Positions 13,870 through 27,444 of a stretch of DNA of 64,000 nucleotides are shown here, one piece after another. Within the stretch, counting starts at the first letter, position 1. Each line of letters starts with the position of its first letter. The DNA lies in NCBI GenBank assembly GCA_951406725.2, contig OX597826.1, forward strand, positions 20,088,001 to 20,152,000, read 5' to 3'. The position numbers and the translations under genes were made by a program. The notes below the pieces were generated by a model, which worked only from the letters and a program-made list of their open reading frames with translations, was not told the DNA's origin and did not search any database. The DNA comes from Octopus vulgaris (lineage: Eukaryota).

Positions 13870-13920
13870 TTTGTCAGTGAACAGGTCGCGGTCTCAAAGC
13901 CACGAAAATATTTTGACAAA
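13870..13920 (+). ncRNA. Type I hammerhead ribozyme-like motif with G3:C8 core variant
   Basis: TTTGTCA-GTGAACA-G-GTCGC(GGTCTCAAA)GCCAC-GAA-AATATT-T-TGACAAA: 7-bp stem I, palindromic stem III; sister copy at 8487-8505 has perfect stem II GTCGC/GCGAC. Confidence 0.6.
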
Positions 13921-14144
13921 TTAAATTTAAATGTTGAAGTGAATCTAACGGTTTTGTGTGTTTCTTAAATGGCTTATAAACACTTTCCACGCTGCAATTG
14001 TTTTCGTTCCCGCCTACGATCTCAGATCAAGTCACTCGCTATGCAAGTACATATCTATTAACATATTCTCGCTATTATATATTATTATATATATTGATAA
14101 ATATAAGTTACGATAGATATTAATTCTTATATCTCTCTTTTTTT

Positions 14145-14197
<53 letters not shown>

Positions 14198-14249
14198 GTA
14201 TATTAAAGTATATTTATTAATTAATTATTTTATTGTTCTAGTTTATTTT

Positions 14250-14338
14250 TAACCTGATGAGTGACTATATTTATATCGAAGTAATTTCTCTACTACTATA
14301 ATCATTTCTTAAATATAGCCACGAAACACGTGTCGTTA
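14250..14338 (+). ncRNA. Type I (Penelope-type) hammerhead ribozyme
   Basis: TAAC-CTGATGA-GTGACTATATTTA...TAAATATAGCCAC-GAAA-CACGTG-TC/GTTA; canonical core, 12/13-bp stem II, palindromic stem III, GUC site. Confidence 0.82.
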
Positions 14339-14629
14339 TTCTATAAATTATATACGTTTTTATTATTATTTTTTGCAATTTACTTAATCATTGACATTTT
14401 ATTGTTATTTGAATTTTAATATTTCTATTATATGTAATTTTCTTGATGGTGTAATTTAATTGTTCATTTTGAATTGATAAAAGGTGTTTTTTCTAATTTT
14501 ATATATATATACATTATATTGTGTGAAATTTGATTTAGTATTTCTAAATCGAATTTTTTTTCCTTGTAAGTTTGGATTTTATTCCCTCAAATAATAATTA
14601 TGATATATATATATATATACTTAACAAAA

Positions 14630-14667
14630 CTGTCCAACGAACGGAAACGTGAAACTCCGAGTAACAG
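14630..14667 (+). ncRNA. Decayed type I hammerhead (core CCAACGA)
   Basis: CTGT-CCAACGA-ACG(GAAA)CGT-GAAA-CTCCGAG-TA/ACAG; all three stems pair but U4 and G5 are mutated. Confidence 0.55.
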
Positions 14668-14769
14668 CTTTTGTTATTTTTCTGCTGCTTTTAAATAAAG
14701 CATATTACTCTACCTCTTGTATTTGAGTACTCTTTTTTCCACCTTGTTTCATATTTATGTGCTTACTCC

Positions 14770-14807
<38 letters not shown>

Positions 14808-14854
14808 GTGTATGTATATATACATGTATATGTATGTGTGTGTGTATATATATA

Positions 14855-16791
<1,937 letters not shown>

Positions 16792-16989
16792 ATGGTACAA
16801 GGCACCAATATTTACTGAAAAATAGCAATCGTAATGAATACGACGCTATTGTATAGCTTCACTGCGTATTTACTAGCAAAGACGCGTGTGTGCAACAAAC
16901 ATGAAAATATTTTATATATATATATATATATAATATGTGACAGTTGGTTGTCATAACAAAACTCAGAGTTTTATTATGACAGCCCAACG

Positions 16990-17930
16990 TTAGACTTAGC
17001 TATATTAATGTAGGTTCCTGCCATTCCCCCATAGTATTTAAGAATTTAGTTAAAAACATTAGCAAGAGAATTTCTAGCCTCTCCTCCAATATAAACGTTT
17101 TTAATAGTGCTGCCCCAATATATAATAAAGCGCTAAAAGATAATGGCTTTAGCGAGGAAATAACCTATACACCTGTTATTAGTCCAGTAACAATGAAAAA
17201 GAAAAACAGGAATAGGAAAATTATCTGGTTCACACCACCTTACTCACCCGAAGCGACCTTTAATATAGGTAGATATTTCTTATCACTTATAGATAGGCAT
17301 TTTCCAATCAATCAGAATTATAGAAAGCTCTTTAATAGGCACAACTTAAAAATTAGTTTTACTTCTACTACTAACTTCAAAAATATAATTGCACACGACA
17401 CACAAAAATAACAAAATAAAGCCGGCTGTTCCTGCAGAGTTAAAAATTTGTACCCACTAAATGGAGCTTGTATGACTGAGGCCATCATTTAAGAAGCCAC
17501 TGTAAACTCTACAATCACTAAGGGCATAGTTTCGTCAAAGAAATATGTGGGTCTCACAGAGGGAAACTTCAAAGCCAGGTTCAATAATCACACCTTAAGC
17601 TTCAGACACTGGGATGAAAGGAAAACAACCAAATTATCCAGGTATATATGGTCCTTAAAAGAAAAAGGTGTCAGCTAGAAGATTCACTGGAAGATCTTGG
17701 CCAAGTGTAAGCCTTACACCAACGGCAGTGGAAAGTGCAGTCTTTGCGATATGGAAAGATGGCTCAACTGGAAAAGTTCCTTAGACCCCGCTACATGTCT
17801 AAATTCAAGAACTGAACTTTTGGGGTCATGCCCATATATAGCAAAACATTTGCTACGTTTTTGGATCCCCAAGATCACAGATAGAACCTGCTTTTTATAT
17901 AATGTCCACGTTCAAGCCTTTAATATGTCT
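16990..17930 (+). mobile_element. 5'-truncated Penelope-like element (RT C-terminus, Cys linker, GIY-YIG)
   Basis: RKIIWFTPPYS; CSC...PLNGAC; KYVGLTEGNFKARFNNH; LSRYIW; CSLC. Confidence 0.85.
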
Positions 17931-18210
17931 TAACATCTCTTATATATTTTTATATATATTTTATTGCTTTATATAAATTTTTATGTATATTTTATTGCTT
18001 TATATATATTTTTCTGTGCATTATTTTTCACCCTTTATAATTGTGTAACTTATACGCGTGTAGTATATACCTAATGTGCATGTGTGTGTATATTCATACA
18101 AATGTGTATGTGTACGAAGGATTGTATATATACGAGTGCAAGACTCTACCTGTTGTACTTGTCTACTTCCTTCATACATATATGTATGTATATACGTTTA
18201 TATATCTGCA

Positions 18211-18288
18211 GGTCACTTTCGAGTGCTACAGGTAACATGTAACCCAGTACAACCTGTTGCATGGCCGGGTCGTCGGCGACTAAACCGG
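18211..18288 (+). ncRNA. HDV-like self-cleaving ribozyme at the RTE 5' end
   Basis: P1 GGTCA(C)/(A)TGGCC; P2 CCAGT/ACCGG; P3 ACA/TGC; L3 ACCTGT; P1.1 CC/GG; P4 TCG-TCGG-CGA; J4/2 CTAA. Confidence 0.7.
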
Positions 18289-21200
18289 CAACCCCACCAA
18301 GCTTGCTTGGTGAGGAGGGTGTTTATTGGACACCCTGCTGGATGAAAAACAAAACCCGTCAAAGGGCGGAGGACCTTTTGAGAGTCAACGGCCATCCAAT
18401 AAATGTTAGCACGAGTACGCAGAAATTCCGGGATGGTGTCCGACGTGCTGAAAGACCACTGATTTGTTAAAGCATGTCTCTAGGAGAAGGTCACTCTGAT
18501 ATAAAACCAGATATGCAGAGAACGGCATTGGACATTTTGGGGATCTTTGGTTTGTGCTAGAAATCACGGCGCTCCCACATCCCTGAGCCTGCGACTCATA
18601 TTGGCACCAGACAACTTGCTCCGGCTTGTCTCTGGATAATGTCAATAAAGTGGAGAGGGTCTATGAGGTGTTGTGCAAGTCTTATTGGACCTAAAACTCT
18701 GCACAGGCATTGCCGACCTCTGCTCGATATGTGCATTTTGTTTGTATATATTTGTCTTATTTTTAGTATATATTGTCTTCATTTTTAGTATATATTTTTT
18801 ATTCGGAAGTCCTGCGGCGATGGGAAGGTGGTGAAGCATGCAGACCTGGCAGGTTGGAAGCATGTAGTCAGCGACCTGCACTGAGGTGGCCCATGCTAGA
18901 TATAAAGTCGTCTCCTTGTCGCCCAAGACAGCGGTAGGATTCGGTAGCTGCATGTGTGTCTGAGCAGCTCCATTTGGAGAGGGCACTGCTCACCCGGAGA
19001 CCGGGGAGGTTCTAGAAAAGGTGAACCAAAAATTGCCTGTCTTTCCATATCTGGTCAGTTTAGCGCGACTGACGGATGTCCACCCTGCGCTCGAAAAACA
19101 AAGAGTCTTTTATCTATAAAATCTGGACGGAACTTAAACATTTCATGTTGGAATGTGCGCACTCTGTTGGACAACAGGAGTGATTGTAGGCCTGAAAGAC
19201 GCACTGCACTTGTTGCTCGTGAGCTGAACCGTTATAAAATTGATATAGCTGCACTCTCAGAGACTCGTATTGAAGGTGATGGTCAGCTTGAGGAAGTAGG
19301 ACGTGGATACACCTTTTTTTGGAAAGGAAGGCAGAAGGAGGAGCGCAGAGAGGCTGGTGTTGGTTTTGCAGTCCGATCTGATATCCTTAAGAAGTTGGAA
19401 GAGCTCCCTGTTCCTATAAATGAACGTATAATGACGCTACGGTTGCACTTGAAAGGTAAGTGGTTTGCTACTCTAATAAGTGCCTAAGCACTTGTTGTAA
19501 TGAAGATAAGGCTATTTTTTATACCCAGCTGGAGCCATACTTAGGAAAATCCCCAATTCTGATAAAGTCATTCTACTGGGGGATTTTAATGACAGGGTTG
19601 GAACAGACTGTCAAACATGGAACTCTCTAGGACGTTTTGGAGTAGGGAAAATGAATAGCAATGGTTTCATGCTACTGGAGCTTTGCGAAGAACATGGACT
19701 TTACATTGCAAGCACTCATTTTGTGCACAAAGGTGATCACACAACAACATGGATGCATCCAAGGTCCAAAGTTTGGCACTTGCTGGATTATGTCCTCATC
19801 CGCAAGCGCGACATTTATGACATCTGTAATGTCAAGTCCTTGCATGGATCAGAATGCTGGACAGACCACAGTCTGGTGCGAGCAAAGTTTCAAATGGTGA
19901 TTAGGGCGAAAGAGAGAAGAGGACCAGTCAGCATTCCTCGCCGTCTAAATGTCCACAAAGTATATGATGTTGTGGTTAGGAAAGAGCTTCAGACTCGCTT
20001 GTCCAGCATTGAAACTGCTGTAGCATGGGAAGATTTTCGAGACCAGGTTGTTCAATGTGCAACCGAAACACTGATGTATATTACTGCCAGACACAGAGAT
20101 TGGTTTGATGAGGATGATGCGACTATTAGTGGTAAAGCGCCATGCCCACAGTGTGTTGCTGCACAGAGAACTGTCTACTGTGCAGCGAAGTCTGGCACTT
20201 GCCCACTATAACAGTATAAAATCACTACTGCAGCGATCTCTCAGGAAGATGCAGAACACTTGGTGGGAGGATCTTGCTCGTGATGTTCAGGCTGCTGCTG
20301 ATGCAAATGACAGCAAGAAACTTTACCATCTTATGAAGGGAGCTTATTGACCTAAGAGTTCCACATCACCTCTTTTACTTTCCAATGAGTCTTCCACTCT
20401 GTTTACTAAATCAACAGAAATCACAGGTCGCTGGATCGAACACTTCTCTGAACTCCTAAACCATGAGTCAGTTGTGGATGAAACAGTGATTGATACTATG
20501 CAACAAAGACCTATCATTGGCTCCTTAGACTCCCCGCCCTCAATAGATGAAGTAATGACATCAATAAGTAAATTGAATCTTGGTAGGGCACCTGGAAGGG
20601 ATGGAATTTGTGCTGAGGTCTTGCGATTTGGTGGTAATTACATCACACAGTCCCTTCATGAACTTATTAGTGCAGTCTGGGGGAATGGTGCAATCCCTAA
20701 AGACTGGAAAGATGCAATTATTCTTCCTCTATATAAAGGAATAGGAGCCAGAACAATGTGTGGTAACTACAGAGGTATTGCTCTACTATCAGCTGCTGGT
20801 AAGGTTCTGGCAAATATTCTTCTGACCCGTCTGAATGGGTGTCTCATAAATGATGTCCAATCTGAATCTCAATGTGGCTTCCGATCTGGTAGAGGGACAA
20901 TGGATATAATTTTCACAGCAAGACAGATGCAGAAGAAGTGCTATGAGCAGAATATGGATCTTGTCCAGGTATTCATTGATTTAACAAAGGCCTTTGATAC
21001 TGTAAATAGGGCCTTTCTATGGAAAATACTTGGCAAACTTGGATGTCCGGATCACTTTGTATCTATAATTAAATCATTTCATGATGGGATGGAGGCTTGG
21101 GTCAATGTTGGTGGTGCCATGGCGGGACCCATTCCTGTAGAGAATGGTGTCAAGCAGGGTGACATCTTTGCCCCAACTCTCTTTTCTTTGTATTTTGCTG

Positions 21201-22135
21201 CTGCTTTTATTCATACTTTTGCTAAGGTTAGCTCTCTGGGAATATATGTCAGATATCGATCTTCTGGCCGCCTCTTTAATCTTCGCCGATTTGCTGCCGA
21301 TTCAAAGGCTTCCCAGTCTATTATTCGTGACCTCCTTTATGCAGATGACTGTGACTTAGTCACTCATACAGTGGATGACATGCAAATACTCATGAATTGC
21401 ATTTCTGCTTCTTGCGGGGCATTTGGACTCAGCATAAGCCTGGACAAGACTGTTGTAATGTTCCAGCCTGCACCAGGAAATCCATATATGGAACCAGCTA
21501 TCTTAGTTGAAAGAACAATTCTGAAGGTAGTAGACAAGTTTGTCTACCTGGGCAGCACACTCAGCCGTTCTTGCTCCCTGGATGAGGAAATATCTTTCAG
21601 GTTGCAGAGAACAACTAATTCCTTCCGGTCTCTTCAGTCTCGTGTTTGGTCTCAACATGGCATCGCAAGGCAAACAAAAGTTGCTGTGTACCGTGCATGT
21701 GTACTGTCATCGCTCCTCTACTCATGTGAAACATGGACTCTGTACAAACGTCAGGTAAGGGTCCTTGAACGCTTTCATCAGAGATGTCTTAGACACATTC
21801 TCAATGTTGGCTGGACCTCAAAAATTCCAGACACGCAGGTCCTGAGGACAGCTGATATCGTGAGTATTGATATCGTCACAGATGGAGGAAGCAGGTTAAG
21901 GAGGGGATCGACACTTTTGAGAGAGCACGTATCCAGCATGAAGAACTTAGGCGAGCTGCGCGAAAGCGCACGGCTCGTATAGTGAATGGGGAAAGCTTGG
22001 TCTGCAATGTTTGCAGTCGTGTATGCTTGTCAAGAGCAGGGCTCATTAGCCACCAACGGAGCCGCAAATGCAAAATATAAGTTAGTCCTAGAGCGCACAA
22101 TGTTCCTGAAGGTCGGCAATGGTCTTCCTCGGTCA
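18211..22135 (+). mobile_element. Near full-length RTE-clade LINE (long 5'UTR, APE endonuclease, RT, C-terminal C2H2 finger), disrupted
   Basis: WNVRTL, DIAALSETR, LLGDFN, WMHPRSK.WHLLDY, WTDH; NYRGIALL, QCGFR, DLTKAFD, GVKQG, LLYADD; CNVCSRVCLSRAGLISH; stop at about 19485, frameshifts, deletion near 21875. Confidence 0.93.
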
Positions 22136-22385
22136 TATATAACATATATAACTCATTTGTATATTCAAGTTTTGCGGCGAATGTGAATGTTTTACGGTCT
22201 GTTTTTTTTTTTTTGTGTCTGTGTTTATATTTGTATATACGTCTTTCCGTTTATGTATATGCATGTGCGTATAAACTACGCTTTGTATATCCGCGTATGT
22301 ATGTGTATGTGCGTGTAGAGATGTGTATATGAGCGTAGTGATGCGTGCCTGATCATAAATGCGTGTGTATGTGCGTGCATGCGTA

Positions 22386-22435
<50 letters not shown>

Positions 22436-23817
22436 GAGCTGCAGTGAAGACGTGTCTTTGACCAAAACCTGGCAGGAACTGAGACCATTTCTAGTGTAGC
22501 TCATAACGAGGCTAGTGTATCAAAGCAAGGCTAGCTACCTCGTTGATATATTTGTCTGCTGTGTAGGTCGACTCACATATTACTATGCCTAAGTTATGTA
22601 GCTCTGCTACAGGTCTAATCAATCAGGGCTAACTTGAAAGCTCATGTATCACTCACCAGTTTTATCAGTAACTTTTTAGTCTGATAAACTTCTGACCCAT
22701 TCACAACCTATATGCATCTTTATTAAAATTTATCTTTTTTGTCATTTACTATATCTTTTTAAACTATTTACTTCGTCTCTTCTATTTTTTCACTGTTTTC
22801 TTTCTCCTTGGTCTTCCTCTCCTGAGAAACTTGCAAACTTGCAATCAAAAATCAGAGGAGCGTCTGAGAAGAGAAGTGTTTTCTACAGAATCAGCAAAGA
22901 AAGCCCATCTAGGCACTGTGGTCACTACAAACAACCGCTGCAGGGCAAAAAAAAATGTCTAGTATAACTTCTCTACTGTTAGTGTTGTAGTATAACGGCT
23001 TGGTCCTTTTCTTAGTTGGGAACAACTTTGGAGTAATAGGCTTGGTTAAACACTACTGCCTAACCTTAGGATGTTTTCATGTTTAATGCAGGGGCAGAAA
23101 CCTTTGCCATATTGAACTGAGTGTACTTTGTTGCAACAAATGTGAAAGTGCTTTTCAGTAGGAGTGCTGCTAACAGAGAAATATGCAAATATGATGTATA
23201 ACCTAGTGGCAAGAAATTAGAAGTTCAGACAACAATTTAAAAGATTAGAGAACAAATAAGTTGTGTAATACCCAAAGGTAGCCTCTGCTTTTCTGATAGT
23301 ACTTTTCCAAGTATTACGGTGGAAGGTAAAAACCTCCCAGTTTGTGGTGATTTGATTTAAAACTGATTTTACTGTATGCTATGCTCCTATGAGCAAACAA
23401 CTAATGATTTGAAGCTTTGGGGATTTGTCTGTGTGAGTGATGTGAAGGGACATGTCTAGAATGATTGTTTTCATTACCTACCAAGCTGACTTAGAGAGTT
23501 AGAGTTGAAACATTTTCCTCCAGGGGTAGCTGACATAAAACTGTAGGAGTTCAGACTATTTAGATGATTTAATGCACTATAGCAAGAGCTGTGAGCTACT
23601 GTACTGTAGATAGATGAAAATATTGCAAATGAGAAGTGTCAACTATATCAACTAACCAGCATATCTAGTTTGCATAAAGAAATGTAAGGTAATTAAGATT
23701 TAAGAAACTGGAGTTGACAGGCATACTACTGAGTTGCTCAGCTGGTCCTGATGTTGGTCCTACATTAGCTTCTGATGACAACCATAAATGAAAGGTAATA
23801 CATGGATTTTAATAAAT

Positions 23818-23828
23818 TTTATTTTATT
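23818..23828 (-). promoter_or_regulatory. Candidate polyadenylation signals (2x AATAAA) of the SRD5A3-like gene
   Basis: Overlapping TTTATT on + strand 70-80 nt past the stop; AT-rich context makes chance occurrence plausible. Confidence 0.35.
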
Positions 23829-23898
23829 TCAAATCAAAAGGAAATTTTGAGCATAATGTTTTTAAAGATATGAAGTATATAAAAATATATAAAATATA

Positions 23899-24158
23899 TC
23901 AAAATAGAAAAGGTATAACTGCTCTTCTTTCTTGAGGATAGGATGGTACCATGTTTTTATACCACCTATGGTTCAAGAAACCAGAAATTAATTGGTTGGT
24001 AATCACAAATAAAAGTAAAGATAACAGAGGTATATTAGAAAAATATGACATCATGCTAAATGATACATGAATAAGTATTTCCATGAGAAAATGGGGACAA
24101 GATATGAACTTGAAGAGATCTCCATCGGGAATATAATAATCTGTATTCTTTATTTGAT
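23899..24158 (-). CDS. SRD5A3: Polyprenol reductase, coding exon 5 (last)
   Basis: tgcag acceptor; QIKNTDYYIPDGDLFKFISCPHFLMEILI...NQLISGFLNHRWYK...YPQERRAVIPFLF-TGA, the steroid 5-alpha reductase C-terminal signature. Confidence 0.93.
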
Positions 24159-24254
24159 CTGCAAAATATTGAAAATGAAAAACAAAAATTTATTATACAT
24201 ATAACAACATCTCACTTGCGAGTATTTAACTTAATATTCATAAGCATGAATAAG

Positions 24255-24617
24255 CACCACCCGTTCGTGGTCGTTACCAGCCTACCCTGGCACCTGTGCC
24301 GGTGGCACCTAAAAAGCACCATCCATACGTGGCCGATGCCAGCACCACCATGACTGGCTTCCATGTCGGTGGCATGTAAAAACCACCAACCGACCGTGGC
24401 CATTGCCAGCCTACCCTGGCACCTGTGCCAGTGGCACGTAAAAAGCACTCACTAAACTCAGGGAGTGGTTGGCGTTAGGAAGGGCATTCAGCTGTAGAAA
24501 CACTGCCAGATCAGACTGGAGCCTGGTGCAGCCTCCTTGCTTCCCAGACCCCGGTCGGAGCGTCCAACCCATGCTAGCATGGAAAACGGACGTTAAACGA
24601 TGATGATGATGATGATG
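24255..24617 (+). mobile_element. RTE-derived 3'-end repeat/SINE with internal tandem units and (GAT)n tail
   Basis: GTGGTTGGCGTTAGGAAGGGCAT...CCATGCTAGCATGGAAAACGGACGTTAAACGATGATGAT; paralogues at 26110, 30673, 40500, 44740. Confidence 0.8.
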
Positions 24618-24829
24618 AATATGAGAATTAAAGGTGAAACATACGACACTCTGTTCACAATGATGACTCGTTGTCTCGACTATAACTCAGCAACACTGAA
24701 CTGCTTGGAAATTTTCTGATATACAGAAAACTCAGTGGTATTTAAATATGACATTAAAAAACAGACAAGGAAGATTCTGTACATTAGTCATAGAATGGTT
24801 TTTGAACAGATCCAGATTAAAGAAATGAT

Positions 24830-25620
24830 AAACTTCCAATTTATCAATTGATAGTTAAATATTTAAATCCCAACCCTGTACAACAAACAAGAACAAATAA
24901 GCTGAACAACAAATATAAGAATCATGATGTCCTCTGCTACAACCCAATCACAGTTCAAATGTTTCAACAAAGATCACTATGGAATTTTCTGCTGTTTTAG
25001 ACAATGTTTCCCAAAATCCAAGAGATACCATGCTATTTTTAATACACACACAATGAAGCTATCATACACTAATTCTATTAATTTAGAGCAGCATATGCAC
25101 CACATTAATAACAGTAAAATGAACCAGCTGTTCAATAATCCACCTACTGGAACTATAACTTATGACATGTGAACTACTTCCTTCTTGACATAATTTAAAA
25201 ACAGCCAACATATACATCCAAATGCCAAGAAAGGAGATATAAAACAGACTGAAAAACGTCACATCATGGTGGTAGCAATAATCGTAATATAGCCAACAGG
25301 AGATGAAATCAGAACTGCCACAAATACAACTAAATGTAATAAATGCTCATGCAGAGAAAAATCAAAATGCCCACTGATGACCCTCTTTAAGAGTATGAAT
25401 CTTGTATATAAATGTACCATACACACAAGGGGATGACCATATGTTTACATTAGAGCAATAGCTGATTCATTCAAGAATTGTTATTACTACCATGTTGCCA
25501 GCATCAAAAAAATCAACAAGAGGCATTCAAAATCTTTGGCTAATTTTGTGTGGTGATTTAAAGACAATAAAAGTAAATATGATCTAACTTGGTTCACAAT
25601 AAGGTATGCACAACATTATG
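24830..25620 (+). mobile_element. Old Penelope-like GIY-YIG fragment
   Basis: YHAIFNTHTMKLSY; CSCREKSKCPL; SLANFVW. Confidence 0.65.
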
Positions 25621-26109
25621 ATTATTAATTTGGTTAATGATTACTCAAATTCATTTCCACCTCATTGTGTGAAAGTGCATTTATAAGCATCCAGGAGATG
25701 TACACTCTGCTTTTAGGAATCTCTGTCTATTTTGTGGACCAATCAGAAGATCATTAATCAAGTTTCTGAAAGACTCTCCAGATGCTTACACGCTTATAAA
25801 TGCACTTTCGCACAATGAGGTGGAAATGAGTAACCATAACCAAGAATTTGAGTAACCATTAACCAAATTAATAATCATAATTTACCTTAAGGACGAATTA
25901 AACTTAACACTAGCTCATCCATTCTTATAAACAATAAGTAGTTATTTAATCCACTATGTGAGTGTATGCTTATATCTTTGTGGATGTTGGTACAAGTGAG
26001 TGTAAGTGTGCCATGTAGCCTGAGCATGGGCATTTATATATCCAAAACTGTTAACGGTTATATTTAATACATTTTCACTGTATTATGCATTCAGTGACCG
26101 AGACTTTTG

Positions 26110-26799
26110 GAAATATGCTCTGCATGAGAAGACCCGGCAGCCAAATGAGACTATAATCTCGTGGGCTATGCCAGGGGCGTTACCAGCCCACTTATGCGTA
26201 CCTTTTCCTTCTTTGGACACTAAAACTCTGCTTGTGAAGACCTGTTGAGGCAAGTGAAATCAAAATTAAATTCGATGACTGGCGTCCGTGCTAGCGGGGT
26301 GCAAAGAGCACCATACGAGTGTGATCATTGACAGAGCGGCTAACCAGCTTCCATGCCGGTGGCACTTAAAAGGCACCATTCGAGCGTGATCGTTACCAGC
26401 GTCGCCTTACTGGCACTTGAGCCCCCTGCTAGTAGGGTATTAAGAGCACCATCCGAGCATGATCGTTGCCAGAGCGGCTATCTGGCCTCTGTGCTGGTGG
26501 CACATAAAAGACACCATTCGAGCGTGATCGTTACCAGTGTCGCCTTACTGGCACCTGTGCCAGTGGCATGTGTAAAATATTCGAGCAAGGTCATTGCCAG
26601 TACCGCCTGACTGGCCCCGTGCCGGTGGCATGTAAAAGCACCCACTACACTCTCGGAGCGGTTGGCCTTAGGAAGGGCATCAAGCTGTAAAAACTCTGCC
26701 AGATCAAGATTGAAGCCTGGTGCAGCCATCTGGTTCACCAGCCCTCAGTCATTCGTCCAACCCATGGAAAGCGGACGTTAAACGATGATGATGATAATG
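26110..26799 (+). mobile_element. RTE LINE 3' end with tandemly repeated 3'UTR and (GAT)n tail
   Basis: Repeated GAGCGTGATCGTTACCAG...GGCAC units; same terminus as the 24255 copy. Confidence 0.8.
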
Positions 26800-26974
26800 A
26801 AGTATCCTTTAATTTGCTGCTTTTCTAAGCACAAACCGAGTTGATATCTTGTGGCACAGTCATTATTTCCAGAGGACACATCTTGTAATCACCTGAAGAG
26901 ACATAGATCCACCATCAGATACTCCGAAACCAACTGTTAAGTATTCCACCAATCAGGGATCACCGTCTCTCTCA

Positions 26975-27173
26975 TTATTTTCTTTTATTCTTTTATTTGT
27001 TTCAGTCATGCTGGAGCATTACTTTTAGTCGAACAAATTGACCCCTTTGTAAGCCTAGTACTTATTCTATCAGTCCCTTTTGCTGAACCACTATGTTATG
27101 AGGACATAAACAAACCAACATCGGTTGTCAAGTGATTGTGGGGTGGGACAAACACAGACATACAAACATATAA

Positions 27174-27210
<37 letters not shown>

Positions 27211-27357
27211 TATGATGAGCTTCTTTCAGTTTCTGTCTACCAAATCCACTCACAAGGATTTGGTAGGCCTGAGGCTATCGTAGAAGACACTTGCCGAAGG
27301 TGCCCGGAACTATGCGGCTAGTAAGCAAGCTACTTACCACACAGCCACTCCTATGCC
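26975..27357 (-). mobile_element. tRNA-derived SINE
   Basis: Minus-strand head GGCATAGGAGTGGCTGTGTGGTAAG (A-box-like); body shared with 49575-50213. Confidence 0.75.
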
Positions 27358-27404
27358 ATATATATTGTTATATATATATATAAATGAATGTATGTGTGTG
27401 TGTG

Positions 27405-27444
<40 letters not shown>

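Noticed and set aside
22440-22560. Possible hammerhead remnant or hairpin after the Penelope/RTE block
   Set aside because: GTGAAGA...AAAA lacks the 3:8 pair, G12 and a UH site; too degenerate
23770-23802. CTGATGA...GAAA in the SRD5A3 3' region
   Set aside because: No stem I, II or III pairing; chance match
26290-26640. CRISPR-like repeat-spacer pattern
   Set aside because: Diverged tandem units of a LINE 3'UTR in a eukaryotic context; no unique spacers or cas genes
26975-27357. tRNA genes in SINE heads
   Set aside because: Only A/B-box-like remnants; no complete cloverleaf
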